Below are positions 1-9,104 of a stretch of DNA of 64,000 bases, piece after piece (position 1 is the stretch's first letter; each line of letters starts with the position of its first letter). The translations under genes were made by a program, and so were the position numbers. Below the pieces are notes generated by a model, which had not been told where the DNA came from, ran no database searches, and saw nothing but the letters and a program-made list of their open reading frames with translations. This DNA comes from Candidatus Omnitrophota bacterium (GTDB lineage Bacteria; Omnitrophota; Omnitrophia; Omnitrophales; Aquincolibacteriaceae): the NCBI GenBank assembly GCA_022711115.1, contig JAKLFP010000005.1, forward strand, positions 136,572 through 200,571. The letters are read 5' to 3'.

Positions 1-2559
1 TTCCGATCGGTTGCGGAACAATCTCCTAACATGATTTTTATCCATCTGAATGGGCGGGTTCTTTATGTGAACAAGGTGTGTGAAAAGGTCCTAGGATATA
101 AAGTGAAGGAAATCTATGCTCCTGATTTCAATTTTCTAAACTTGGTGCACTCGGACGACTTGGCGCTCGCTCGCCGTAACCTTAGATCGCACCGGGAGGG
201 AAAAGAAGTGCCGGCTTGTGAATACCGGGTGAAAACCAAAAAAGGGCAATTAATATATTGCATCTTGGCAACGAAATTGATTCATTATGCCAATGAGAGA
301 GCTGTGATGGGGGTCATTACGGATGTTACCGAGCGTAAACAGGCAGAAAAAGATTTAAGGCAAAGGGAGGGACAGTATCGATCTCTTGTGGAGATGTCGC
401 CGGAAGCAATTTTCATCAATTACCACAATAAAATTGTTTTTGCAAACCCGCAGGCAATCCAACTCTTCGGAGCATCGTCCCCCAAAGAAATCGTGGGAAG
501 ATCGCCGTTTGATTTTTTTCACCCCTCTTATCACTCCAAGATGCGGGAACGCATCCGGCGATTATTGAAAGGGAAATCTGTTCCGATGGTCGAGACGCGA
601 GTTTTGCGGTTGGATCGACAGGTGATCGATGTGGAAGTAGTCGCTTCTCGTTTCCGTTATCAGGAAGATTTCGCGATCCAGGTTCTTCTCCGTGATATCA
701 CTGAGCGGAAGCGGGCAGAAAAAGCCCTTCGGGACAGTGAATTCAGGCTTAGGGAATCTCAGCGCGTTTCCCTTATCGGGAGTTACGAACTTGATGTGAA
801 AGCGGGTGTTTGGAAAAGTTCCGAGACTTTAGACGCTATTTTTGGAATCCCGCCTTCTTATAAGAAAGATGTTAAAGGATGGGAAAATATTTTGCATCCT
901 GATCACCGAAAAGCCATGGCGGGTTATTTGCAGAAGGATGTGCTGATCCAGAAAAAACCGTTTAATCGTGAATATAAAATTTGCCGGCAAAACGATGGGC
1001 AGATCCGTTGGGTGATTGGTAGAGGTTCCTTGATTCTCGATCCGCGTGGTAAGCCCCTTAAAATGATCGGAACCATCCAGGATATTACCGAACGAAAAAA
1101 CTCGGAGGAAGAAATAAAAAAAATGGCCTCTGTGGTGGAACATAGCGACGAACTTATTAACCTGGCTACTCCGGATGGGAAGATGGTCTTCCTTAATAAA
1201 GCTGGAGGTAAAATGTTAGGCCTCGATCCTAACAACATAAAGCGGACAAACATAAGGCAAGTTTTCCAAAAAGCCATGAGAGAAAAAGTAGAAAAAGAGG
1301 TTCTTCCGGTACTCAAAAAAGGAGGCAGTTGGAAGGGCGAGTTGCAGTATCTCAACTGCAAGACAGGTAAAACGACCGATGTGCAAGCCATGACTTTTGC
1401 TATCAAGGATCCCCACACTGGCAGGGTGGTGCATCTGGCGAACGTATCGCTGGATATTACCGCACGCAAACAGGCAGAAGATGCTTTGCAAAAAGAGAGA
1501 CACCAGTTATTTCAGATCATTGATACGGTGCCGCATATGATTTTTGCAAAAGACAAGAGCGGACGGTTTCTTCTTGTCAACAAGGCCGTGGGGGATATGT
1601 ACGGGATGAACCCTAAGGACTTGATCGGGAAAAAGCGTCAAGATGTTCACAAGGTTGCGGAGGAAGTCGCGGCCTATTTAGAGATCGATCGGATGATTCT
1701 TGCATCGGGTTTGCCCAGGATCGTCGCGGCGGAAAGATTTACGGATGTTCACGGGAACGTCCATATCCTTCAGACGATCAAGATTCCTTTTAAAATGCAA
1801 GGGATTGAGGATACTGTGATCCTGGGTGTTTCTGTGGATGTCACGGAACAGAAAAAAGTAGAAGAATTCCGGAATGATGTCATCCGGACCATATCCCATG
1901 AGTTGCGAACACCTTTGTCGATCGAAAAAGAAGGGATCAACCTTCTTTTGGACGGAGCGGTCGGCAGCGTTAATGCGGATCAGAAAATGTTGTTGGAAGC
2001 GATTATGAAAAATATCAAGCGTTTGTCACGGATGATCGATAGCCTTTTAGATGTTGCCCACATCGAGACCAGAAAATTGCAGCTTAAGAGGAACATTGTG
2101 GACCTGAGAGATATTGTTCGGGATGTGGTTTTTGAGTTTCGGACAAAAATAAGAGAAAAAAAGATGCAATTAACGGTCGATCTTCCAAAGGATACCGTGC
2201 CTGTCTTTGTCGATCAGGACAAGATCATCCAGGTGCTAAGCAATTTAATGGACAATGCCGTGAGGTTTACAAAAGAAGGAACGATCCATGTGTTTCTTGA
2301 GGTGTTGCAAAATGAAGTGGAGTGTAGCGTGCGGGATACGGGGGCCGGCATTGCCCCTGAGCACTTGCACCATATTTTTGAAAAATTTCAGCAATTTGGA
2401 CGCGCTGTCGGGCCAGGTGAAAAAGGGCTCGGCCTTGGGCTTTCTATTGCCAAGGGACTTATCGAATTACAACACGGCCGGATCTGGGCAAAGAGCGAAC
2501 TCGGTGTCGGGACGAAGATGACGTTTGCGTTGCCGCTTTATAACGAGAAAGGTGTCTAA
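1..2559 (+). CDS. Multi-PAS domain sensor histidine kinase, 5' end probably truncated by the window edge
   Basis: The frame is open from nt 1. It has several PAS/PAC-like blocks, each followed by DIT/VTERK(Q/R)AE linkers, then a HisKA region (SHELRTPL) and a HATPase_c region with DTGAGI and GLGLGLSI motifs. Confidence 0.85.
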   Translation, partial: FRSVAEQSPNMIFIHLNGRVLYVNKVCEKVLGYKVKEIYAPDFNFLNLVHSDDLALARRNLRSHREGKEVPACEYRVKTKKGQLIYCILATKLIHYANERAVMGVITDVTERKQAEKDLRQREGQYRSLVEMSPEAIFINYHNKIVFANPQAIQLFGASSPKEIVGRSPFDFFHPSYHSKMRERIRRLLKGKSVPMVETRVLRLDRQVIDVEVVASRFRYQEDFAIQVLLRDITERKRAEKALRDSEFRLRESQRVSLIGSYELDVKAGVWKSSETLDAIFGIPPSYKKDVKGWENILHPDHRKAMAGYLQKDVLIQKKPFNREYKICRQNDGQIRWVIGRGSLILDPRGKPLKMIGTIQDITERKNSEEEIKKMASVVEHSDELINLATPDGKMVFLNKAGGKMLGLDPNNIKRTNIRQVFQKAMREKVEKEVLPVLKKGGSWKGELQYLNCKTGKTTDVQAMTFAIKDPHTGRVVHLANVSLDITARKQAEDALQKERHQLFQIIDTVPHMIFAKDKSGRFLLVNKAVGDMYGMNPKDLIGKKRQDVHKVAEEVAAYLEIDRMILASGLPRIVAAERFTDVHGNVHILQTIKIPFKMQGIEDTVILGVSVDVTEQKKVEEFRNDVIRTISHELRTPLSIEKEGINLLLDGAVGSVNADQKMLLEAIMKNIKRLSRMIDSLLDVAHIETRKLQLKRNIVDLRDIVRDVVFEFRTKIREKKMQLTVDLPKDTVPVFVDQDKIIQVLSNLMDNAVRFTKEGTIHVFLEVLQNEVECSVRDTGAGIAPEHLHHIFEKFQQFGRAVGPGEKGLGLGLSIAKGLIELQHGRIWAKSELGVGTKMTFALPLYNEKGV

Positions 2560-2561
2560 AT

Positions 2562-2945
2562 ATGACGCTCCCCAAGAAGAAAATTTTATTTATTGAAGAT
2601 GAACCCGATCAGATCTTGATGATCCGTTTGCGCCTGGAAAAAAACGATTTTATGGTCGTCTCAGCGGAAGACGGTCTAGAAGGGATCAAAAAAGCTAAGG
2701 AAGAAAAGCCCGATCTTATTTTGTTGGATGTCATTATGCCGGGCATGAATGGTCTTGAGGTTTGCAGAAAGCTCCGCAGTGATCCATTGACAAAAAAGAT
2801 TCCTGTCATTACAACCACGGCCGCCGGTATTGACGATCTTGAACATGAATGTCTTGCGGCGGGTGCAGATGCCTGTGTTCGGAAGCCTTATGATTCGGTC
2901 GATCTGATCTCAAAAGTTACCAGCCTGCTTCAACAAAGCAAATAA
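2562..2945 (+). CDS. Single-domain response regulator (CheY-like receiver)
   Basis: The protein is 127 aa. It shows the receiver-domain pattern: acidic pocket residues, the phospho-acceptor Asp in LILLDVIMPGMNG, and the downstream T/K motifs. It starts 3 nt after the kinase stop. Confidence 0.85.
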   Translation: MTLPKKKILFIEDEPDQILMIRLRLEKNDFMVVSAEDGLEGIKKAKEEKPDLILLDVIMPGMNGLEVCRKLRSDPLTKKIPVITTTAAGIDDLEHECLAAGADACVRKPYDSVDLISKVTSLLQQSK

Positions 2946-2969
2946 AACGAATATCTGCGGTGCTTTTTT

Positions 2970-4406
2970 ATGAATACTAAAAAATCCATGCTTGTCTGGT
3001 TCCGCAATAACCTTCGCACGGAAGATAACATCACTCTCGCACGAGCCGTGGAACAGGATGCGCCTCTGATCCCTCTGTTTATTTTTGATGAAAAACGGGA
3101 TTGTGGGAGTGCCAGCCGCTTGTGGCTTTACCATGCTCTTAAAAGTTTTGAGCGGGAACTTTTCAGGCTTGGAACGCGATTGATTTTTTTGAAAGGAGAT
3201 TCGCGCATCATTCTCGCGCGTTTGGCATCCGAGACAGGAGCGAAAGCACTTTACTGGGATCGTTCCTATGAACCTTATCAAAAAGAACAGGATCAGCTTA
3301 TTCAAAAAGATCTGGAGGGTTGGGGTATCCGTTGCGAATCGTTCAACGACACGCTTCTTTTTGATCCGGCCCAGATTCGTACTCGACAAGGCACTCCGTT
3401 TAAGGTTTTTACTGCGTTTTGGAATCACTGCACCAGTTTGCCAGAGCCGATGCTGCCAGTTCGAGCGCCTCAAAGATTGTCTGGTCCTGCAAAATGGCCC
3501 CAGTCCAAACGGCTAGAGGATTTTGGATTGCGGGATAAGGCACGCTGGTCAAACAAAGTGGAGGCTTTTTGGGAACCGGGAAACGTAGATGTCAGAAAGA
3601 ACTGGCGCAAGTTCCTAAAAGAAAAACTCGAAAATTACTCTCACGATCGGGATCGGCCAGCTCTAGAGGGGACCTCACGTCTTTCTCCGTATCTGCATTT
3701 TGGAGAAATAAGCGTCCGCAGTATTTGGCATGAGATGCGGCAGTATATGGTCCAGCATCGAAGGGCCGGGATCTTTCGTGAGGCAGAAACGTTTTTGAGG
3801 CAAATCGTCTGGCGGGAATTCGCGCACTATTTTTTGTTCCATTTCCCGGAAACGATCGAGCATCCGTTCAGAAAAGAATTTGAGAAATTTCATTGGAAAA
3901 AAAATTCCGCGTTACTTTGTGCATGGCGGAAAGGAAAGACGGGGTATCCTATCGTGGATGCGGGGATGCGTGAGCTTTGGGCCACTGGGTGGATGCACAA
4001 TCGCGTTCGAATGATTGTGGCATCATTCTTGGTGAAAGATCTTTTGCAGCCATGGCAAGAGGGTGCTCAATGGTTTCTAGAAACCCTTGTGGATGCTGAT
4101 GTCGCGAACAATGTGTTCGGATGGCAATGGACTGCGGGTTGCGGGGCAGATGCGGCTCCTTATTTCCGAATTTTTAATCCCATCCTGCAAGGTGAAAAAT
4201 TTGACTCCCGAGGTGATTATGTTCGTCGTTGGGTTCCCGAACTGTCCAAACTGCCGGACCGGTTTATTCACAAACCTTGGCAGGCATCTCCGGAAATTCT
4301 TGCAAAAGCCGGTATCCGGTTGGGTAAGGATTACCCCGATCCGGTTGTGGATCACCATCAAGCACGGAATCGTGCCCTTTTTAACTATGCCAGGATGAAA
4401 AAATAA
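2970..4406 (+). CDS. phrB: Deoxyribodipyrimidine photolyase / cryptochrome family protein
   Basis: The N-terminal WFRNNLRTEDN photolyase signature is present. The C-terminal FAD-binding domain carries WREF and GWQW...AG..DAAPYFRIFNP motifs. Confidence 0.85.
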   Translation: MNTKKSMLVWFRNNLRTEDNITLARAVEQDAPLIPLFIFDEKRDCGSASRLWLYHALKSFERELFRLGTRLIFLKGDSRIILARLASETGAKALYWDRSYEPYQKEQDQLIQKDLEGWGIRCESFNDTLLFDPAQIRTRQGTPFKVFTAFWNHCTSLPEPMLPVRAPQRLSGPAKWPQSKRLEDFGLRDKARWSNKVEAFWEPGNVDVRKNWRKFLKEKLENYSHDRDRPALEGTSRLSPYLHFGEISVRSIWHEMRQYMVQHRRAGIFREAETFLRQIVWREFAHYFLFHFPETIEHPFRKEFEKFHWKKNSALLCAWRKGKTGYPIVDAGMRELWATGWMHNRVRMIVASFLVKDLLQPWQEGAQWFLETLVDADVANNVFGWQWTAGCGADAAPYFRIFNPILQGEKFDSRGDYVRRWVPELSKLPDRFIHKPWQASPEILAKAGIRLGKDYPDPVVDHHQARNRALFNYARMKK

Positions 4407-4522
4407 TCTCATGGGCAATAAAACAAGCTTCGGAATACTTGCTTTTCGCCGGAAAGAGGGTAGTGCTAGAATAGCACCCTTTGGAGTTCCGTTTATTTCT
4501 TTCACAGAGGAAATTCCCCAAT

Positions 4523-5239
4523 ATGAAATCACTGAACAGTAAACAAATCATTGACGCTTTAACCAAGATAAGCGATGCGGTCACTTCGGATCTTTATTTG
4601 GAAGAGATTCTTAAGTTGATCGTTACGGTAACGGCAGAAGTGATGCACTCCAAGATTTGTTCTCTCATGCTTTTGGATAAATCTACGAATGAGTTGGTGG
4701 TCAAAGCGACCCAGTCTGTCAGTGAGTTTTATAATAAAAAACCCAACGCAAAATTGGGCGAAGGCATTGCCGGAAGGGTGGCGCAATCCGGGAAGCCTAT
4801 CACGGTCCTGGATGTCCGGAAAGACGAACGTTATCTCAACCAGGCTATCGCGCGAAAGGAAAACCTTTGTTCGCTGTTGAGTGTGCCGCTTATTTTTAAA
4901 CGGAATATTATCGGGGTGTTAAACTGTTACACCATCACGGCGCATCGTTTCAGCCAAAGAGAGATCCGCGTCATCAAATCGATCGCGAATCAAGCGGCAA
5001 TCGTCATCGAAAACTTCAGGTTGGTGGTCGAATCGCAGGTGATCCAAGAAGAATTGGAGTCAAGGAAAGCGATTGAGCGTGCCAAAGGCATTTTGATGAA
5101 AAGGGAGAATCTGAGCGAACAGGGGGCTTACAAGCTCATTCAGAAATATAGTATGGATAAGCGTAAGAGCATGAAGGAGGTTTCGGAGGCGATTTTATTG
5201 AATGAAGAAATGCAAAGGTTTTCTTCCAGCAGAGAATAA
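4523..5239 (+). CDS. GAF-ANTAR RNA-binding antitermination regulator
   Basis: An N-terminal GAF domain (GEGIAGRVAQSGKPI) is followed by a C-terminal ANTAR domain (ERAKGILMKRENLSEQGAYKLIQKYSMDKRKSMKEVSEAI). A start at 4523 (MKSLNSK) is preferred over 4481 because GAGGAA lies upstream of it. Confidence 0.8.
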   Translation: MKSLNSKQIIDALTKISDAVTSDLYLEEILKLIVTVTAEVMHSKICSLMLLDKSTNELVVKATQSVSEFYNKKPNAKLGEGIAGRVAQSGKPITVLDVRKDERYLNQAIARKENLCSLLSVPLIFKRNIIGVLNCYTITAHRFSQREIRVIKSIANQAAIVIENFRLVVESQVIQEELESRKAIERAKGILMKRENLSEQGAYKLIQKYSMDKRKSMKEVSEAILLNEEMQRFSSSRE

Positions 5240-5247
5240 AATCAGCA

Positions 5248-5275
5248 TTGAAAGTCAAAATGCCTGTGCTATAAT
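5248..5275 (+). promoter_or_regulatory. Sigma70-like promoter for the gdhA leader (TTGAAA, 16-nt spacer, TATAAT)
   Basis: The -35 TTGAAA lies at 5248-5253 and the -10 TATAAT at 5270-5275, both read directly from the sequence. Confidence 0.55.
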
Positions 5276-5379
5276 TTCAACGCTCAACACACAGTGAGTG
5301 TTTGGCAGAAAGAAAGTGAAGCAGCGTTCTGCGAAGAACATAGCTTTATCTTCGTTTTTGGAAGAGAGGATAATGACGT

Positions 5380-5417
5380 CCTTTTCGGTAAAAATTTTGC
5401 CGGAAAGGTTTTTTTTT
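5380..5417 (+). terminator. Intrinsic terminator or attenuator inside the gdhA 5' leader
   Basis: A stem of about 13 bp pairs CCUUUUCGGUAAA with UUUGCCGGAAAGG, including G-U pairs. It is followed by a run of 9 T and sits between the promoter and the gdhA start codon. Confidence 0.65.
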
Positions 5418-5536
5418 GCCCAATTTGGGTTATGCCGTGAATGAAATAGCGTCAGCTCGAAGAGGTGATGACGTTTGCCGGCAGGCGGGTGTTTGGATTT
5501 TCGAAAAGTATAACCGATAAATGAAAGGGATATGCC

Positions 5537-6877
5537 ATGACAAAAGAAATCGATGCGTTCATGAAAAAAGTCATCGCTAGGAACTCAGGCGAAAAGGAAT
5601 TTCACCAAGCGGTCAGGGAAGTTGTGGAATCTGTAACTCCGTTTATTGAAAAACACCCAAAGTATAAAAATGCGAAGATCCTAGAACGGATGGTCGAACC
5701 GGAGCGTGTGATCATGTTTCGAGTTCCCTGGTTGGATGATAAGGGAGAGATTCAGATTAATCGCGGATTTCGTATCCAGATGAACAGTGCTATTGGTCCT
5801 TACAAGGGAGGCCTTCGTTTCCATCCCAGTGTCAATCTTGGTATTTTGAAGTTTTTGGCATTTGAACAGGTCTTCAAAAATAGCCTGACCACGCTTGCCA
5901 TGGGTGGTGGCAAAGGCGGTTCGGACTTTGATCCAAAAGGAAAATCGGATCAAGAAGTTATGAAATTCTGTCAAAGTTTCATGACGGAATTGTTCCGACA
6001 CATCGGACCGGACACGGATGTTCCTGCAGGCGATATTGGTGTGGGTGGTAGGGAGATCGGTTTTCTTTACGGTCAGTACAAGAGATTGCGTAATGAGTTT
6101 ACGGGTGTTTTGACTGGGAAGAGCTTGAATTGGGGAGGAAGTTTGATTCGACCCGAGGCGACCGGTTACGGATGCGTTTATTTTGTCCAGGAAATGCTTA
6201 AGACACGAAAGATGTCTTTTGCGGGTAAGGTTTGTGTTGTTTCCGGCTCCGGGAATGTGGCACAGTACACAGTCGAAAAATTGAACCAGTTGGGTGCCAA
6301 AGTGGTGACCTTGTCGGACTCCGACGGTTACATTTATGATAAGAAGGGCATTGACGACAAGAAATTGGAATTTGTCATGCACCTTAAAAATGTAAAGCGT
6401 GGTCGTATTAAGGAATGCGCGGATGAATTCGGCTGCGAATATGTCGCCGGTCAACGGCCATGGAAAGTCGCATGCGATGTCGCTTTTCCGAGTGCCACGC
6501 AAAACGAGATCAATGAAGCGGACGCGAAGGTTCTTGTCAAGGGCGGCTGCATTGCGATCGGGGAAGGTGCCAATATGCCGACCACACCGGAAGGCGTCCG
6601 GGTGTTCCAAAAGGCGAAGATTCTCTATGCCCCTGGAAAAGCGGCGAATGCCGGGGGGGTGTCGACTTCGGGCCTGGAAATGAGCCAGAATAGCATGCGC
6701 TTGGGCTGGTCCCGGGAAGAAGTGGACAAGAAATTGCATGGCATCATGGTCTCGATTCATGAGAATTGCGTGAAATATGGAAAAGAACAGGATAAGTACA
6801 TCAACTATGTCAATGGCGCGAATATCGCGGGCTTTGTAAAGGTTGCGGACGCCATGCTTGATCAGGGGCTGGTGTAA
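5537..6877 (+). CDS. gdhA: NADP-specific glutamate dehydrogenase
   Basis: Full-length similarity in the Glu/Leu/Phe/Val dehydrogenase family. The catalytic Lys is in the GGGKGGSDFDPKGKS motif and a C-terminal Rossmann GSGNVAQY is present. Confidence 0.9.
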   Translation: MTKEIDAFMKKVIARNSGEKEFHQAVREVVESVTPFIEKHPKYKNAKILERMVEPERVIMFRVPWLDDKGEIQINRGFRIQMNSAIGPYKGGLRFHPSVNLGILKFLAFEQVFKNSLTTLAMGGGKGGSDFDPKGKSDQEVMKFCQSFMTELFRHIGPDTDVPAGDIGVGGREIGFLYGQYKRLRNEFTGVLTGKSLNWGGSLIRPEATGYGCVYFVQEMLKTRKMSFAGKVCVVSGSGNVAQYTVEKLNQLGAKVVTLSDSDGYIYDKKGIDDKKLEFVMHLKNVKRGRIKECADEFGCEYVAGQRPWKVACDVAFPSATQNEINEADAKVLVKGGCIAIGEGANMPTTPEGVRVFQKAKILYAPGKAANAGGVSTSGLEMSQNSMRLGWSREEVDKKLHGIMVSIHENCVKYGKEQDKYINYVNGANIAGFVKVADAMLDQGLV

Positions 6878-6888
6878 GCTTAGTTTCA

Positions 6889-6935
6889 AAGGGGCAGTCT
6901 TCCAGAGGTTCGGGAGATGGCCCCTTTGTTTTTTC
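6889..6935 (+). terminator. Intrinsic terminator after gdhA
   Basis: A hairpin pairs AAAGGGGC with GCCCCTTT across a loop of about 25 nt and is followed by TTTTTT. Confidence 0.55.
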
Positions 6936-6964
6936 TTGACAAATGATACTATGATAGTATCATT
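6936..6964 (+). promoter_or_regulatory. Promoter -35 (TTGACA) overlapped by a 23-bp near-perfect palindrome, AATGATACTAT-G-ATAGTATCATT; candidate Rrf2 operator
   Basis: The palindrome spans 6942-6964 and has a single central mismatch. It lies immediately upstream of the Rrf2 gene. Confidence 0.55.
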
Positions 6965-6970
6965 AAAAGA

Positions 6971-7426
6971 ATGAAGCTCATCACTCGAAACACAGATTAT
7001 GCGATGCGCGCACTTTGTTATATCGCGCAGCAAACAAAAGATTCGGTGCCTGTCACCGAAATGGTGAAGGATCTTGCTATCCCGCGCCCCTTTCTCAGGA
7101 AAATCCTTCAAACTCTAAGCGGTGAAGGGATGCTCGATTCCTACCGTGGACAGGGCGGTGGTTTCTCTCTCAGTCTTTCTCCCTCAAAAATTTTTATCAC
7201 GGATTTGATAAAAATTTTTCAGAATGCCATCCAACTTAATGAATGTATCTTTAAAAAAAAGATGTGCCCGAATCGTAAGACTTGTCTCATGAAAAGAGAG
7301 ATGGACTCTATTGAAAAAGATGTTTTGTTGCGACTGAGCCGTATCAGCATTGCTTCTTTGATTTCAAACGGGAACGGGAAGCGCTCAAATCGAGAAAGAA
7401 AAGAGGGGAGGTATGGTGAAGCTTAA
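6971..7426 (+). CDS. Rrf2-family transcriptional regulator with three Cys ligands (NsrR/IscR-like)
   Basis: The N-terminal helix-turn-helix region has the Rrf2 pattern (DYAMRALCYIA). A C-x7-C-x5-C cluster-ligand motif is present. Confidence 0.8.
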   Translation: MKLITRNTDYAMRALCYIAQQTKDSVPVTEMVKDLAIPRPFLRKILQTLSGEGMLDSYRGQGGGFSLSLSPSKIFITDLIKIFQNAIQLNECIFKKKMCPNRKTCLMKREMDSIEKDVLLRLSRISIASLISNGNGKRSNRERKEGRYGEA

Positions 7427-9086
7427 TAGTGAAACACGCTTCAAAGGGTTGCCTCTAAGCAGTGGTGTTGCTTTTGCGAAGGTGTGTCTTTTTAACGAGC
7501 GCCGCCATCAGAATCCTCCTGTTCAAACCATCCGCACCAAGGAAGTTTTACAGGAAAAAGAGCGCGTTCAGAAGGCCTTGGGCATCGTCCGGGAACGGTT
7601 GGATGTATTGATTGAAAGTGTGAAATCGAAAGTGGGGCCTGCGGAAGCAGAAATCTTTACGGCTCAGAAAATGATCTTGCAGGATTCGGCTCTGCAGAGA
7701 CGGATCTTTGAACATATCGACAGTAAAAATTTTAATGCCGAAAAGGCAATTATTAGCTCGCTTGATTTTTTTGAGTCCAAAATTATGCAGATGGACAATG
7801 CTTACCTCAAAGAACGCGCTTCCGATATTGGAGAGGTTAAACGAAGACTTTTGGATGTGTTGACGAATTTGAATCCATCGTTCCAGTGTGCCAATGAATC
7901 TTATTGTTTGCGGGGGAAAAATCGCATCGTGATTGCTGAAGAGCTGACGCCGAGTTTAACCATGGAATTGAACACGGATTATATCCGAGGTTTTGTGACC
8001 GATCGTGGCGGCGTTGCCTCTCATGCTGCGATCCTTGCCCGTGGGCTGAAAATACCGGCGGTGAGCGGGATTCCGAACATTCACGATCTTATGTTCTGCG
8101 GGACGGATGTTTTAATTAATGGCGATACGGGAGAAGTGATTCTCTGGCCGACCGAAGAAACATTGGCACAATATCCGGAGTTGAAGCTTCCACCGCCGGA
8201 GTCCCTGAAAGCGGTGGAGCCTATCGCAAGCTTAAAAGTCATGGCCAATTTAAGTCTCGCGAAGACCGTGAAGGAAGCCGTGCATCATAAAGCTGAGGGC
8301 ATAGGGCTTTACCGGACGGAATTTGAATTTTTTGCAGCGGGGAAACTTCTAACCGAAGAAGAACAATATGAAAGGTATGTCAGCGTTCTTAAGGCCATGC
8401 ATGGGAAACCGGTTTATTTCCGTATGCTCGATATTGGAGGAGATAAAAACGCTCCTTTTCTGAAACTTCCCAAAGAACAGAACCCTTATCTCGGGTTTCG
8501 CGGCAGCCGTTTTCTTCTCGGACATAGGGACCTTTTCAAAATTCAGGCGCGCGCTTTAGCAAGGGCTTCCGTGCATGGACGAATTCATGTCATGTATCCC
8601 ATGGTGATTGATGTGGATCAATTTCTCAAACTGAAAAAAGCCTTTTTAGAAGATACGACGGGGATTGCTTCGGGAGAGATCAAACACGGGATTATGTTTG
8701 AGGTGCCGTCCGCTTGTCTGGACGCGGCGGAGCTTTTCAAACTCATTGATTTTGGCAGCATCGGAACGAACGATCTTATTCAGTATCTGTTTGCCGTGGA
8801 TCGCGATAATGAGTCAGTCGCTTATGACCATCACCCGAATCGCAAGATTTTCTGGTCTTTAATGCATCATGTCGCGCATGCAGCCAGGAAACATCGGAAG
8901 CCTCTTTCGGTTTGCGGAGAACTTGCCGGTATTCCGGAATATGCACACAAGCTTGTCCGGGAAGGGATCCGGGCGGTCAGCGTCGCTCCCAAGGTGATCC
9001 CGTTACTGAGAGTGGCGATTAAAAACAAACCAAAACTTTCCAGGAGGAAAACGCAACACCTTCTTCTCAAGAAACTTAAAAAATAA
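7413..9086 (+). CDS. ptsI: Phosphoenolpyruvate-protein phosphotransferase (PTS enzyme I-like)
   Basis: The PEP-utilizer mobile domain (GGVASHAAILARGLKIPAVSG) and the C-terminal TIM barrel (GLYRTEFEF, SIGTNDLIQY) are present. There is no N-terminal GAF domain. Confidence 0.75.
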   Translation: MVKLNSETRFKGLPLSSGVAFAKVCLFNERRHQNPPVQTIRTKEVLQEKERVQKALGIVRERLDVLIESVKSKVGPAEAEIFTAQKMILQDSALQRRIFEHIDSKNFNAEKAIISSLDFFESKIMQMDNAYLKERASDIGEVKRRLLDVLTNLNPSFQCANESYCLRGKNRIVIAEELTPSLTMELNTDYIRGFVTDRGGVASHAAILARGLKIPAVSGIPNIHDLMFCGTDVLINGDTGEVILWPTEETLAQYPELKLPPPESLKAVEPIASLKVMANLSLAKTVKEAVHHKAEGIGLYRTEFEFFAAGKLLTEEEQYERYVSVLKAMHGKPVYFRMLDIGGDKNAPFLKLPKEQNPYLGFRGSRFLLGHRDLFKIQARALARASVHGRIHVMYPMVIDVDQFLKLKKAFLEDTTGIASGEIKHGIMFEVPSACLDAAELFKLIDFGSIGTNDLIQYLFAVDRDNESVAYDHHPNRKIFWSLMHHVAHAARKHRKPLSVCGELAGIPEYAHKLVREGIRAVSVAPKVIPLLRVAIKNKPKLSRRKTQHLLLKKLKK

Positions 9087-9104
9087 AATCAACGGAGGTA
9101 ATTT

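Noticed and set aside
5681-7111. 476-aa minus-strand ORF
   Set aside because: It is antisense to gdhA, which has unambiguous family motifs, and to the Rrf2 gene. It is a shadow ORF.
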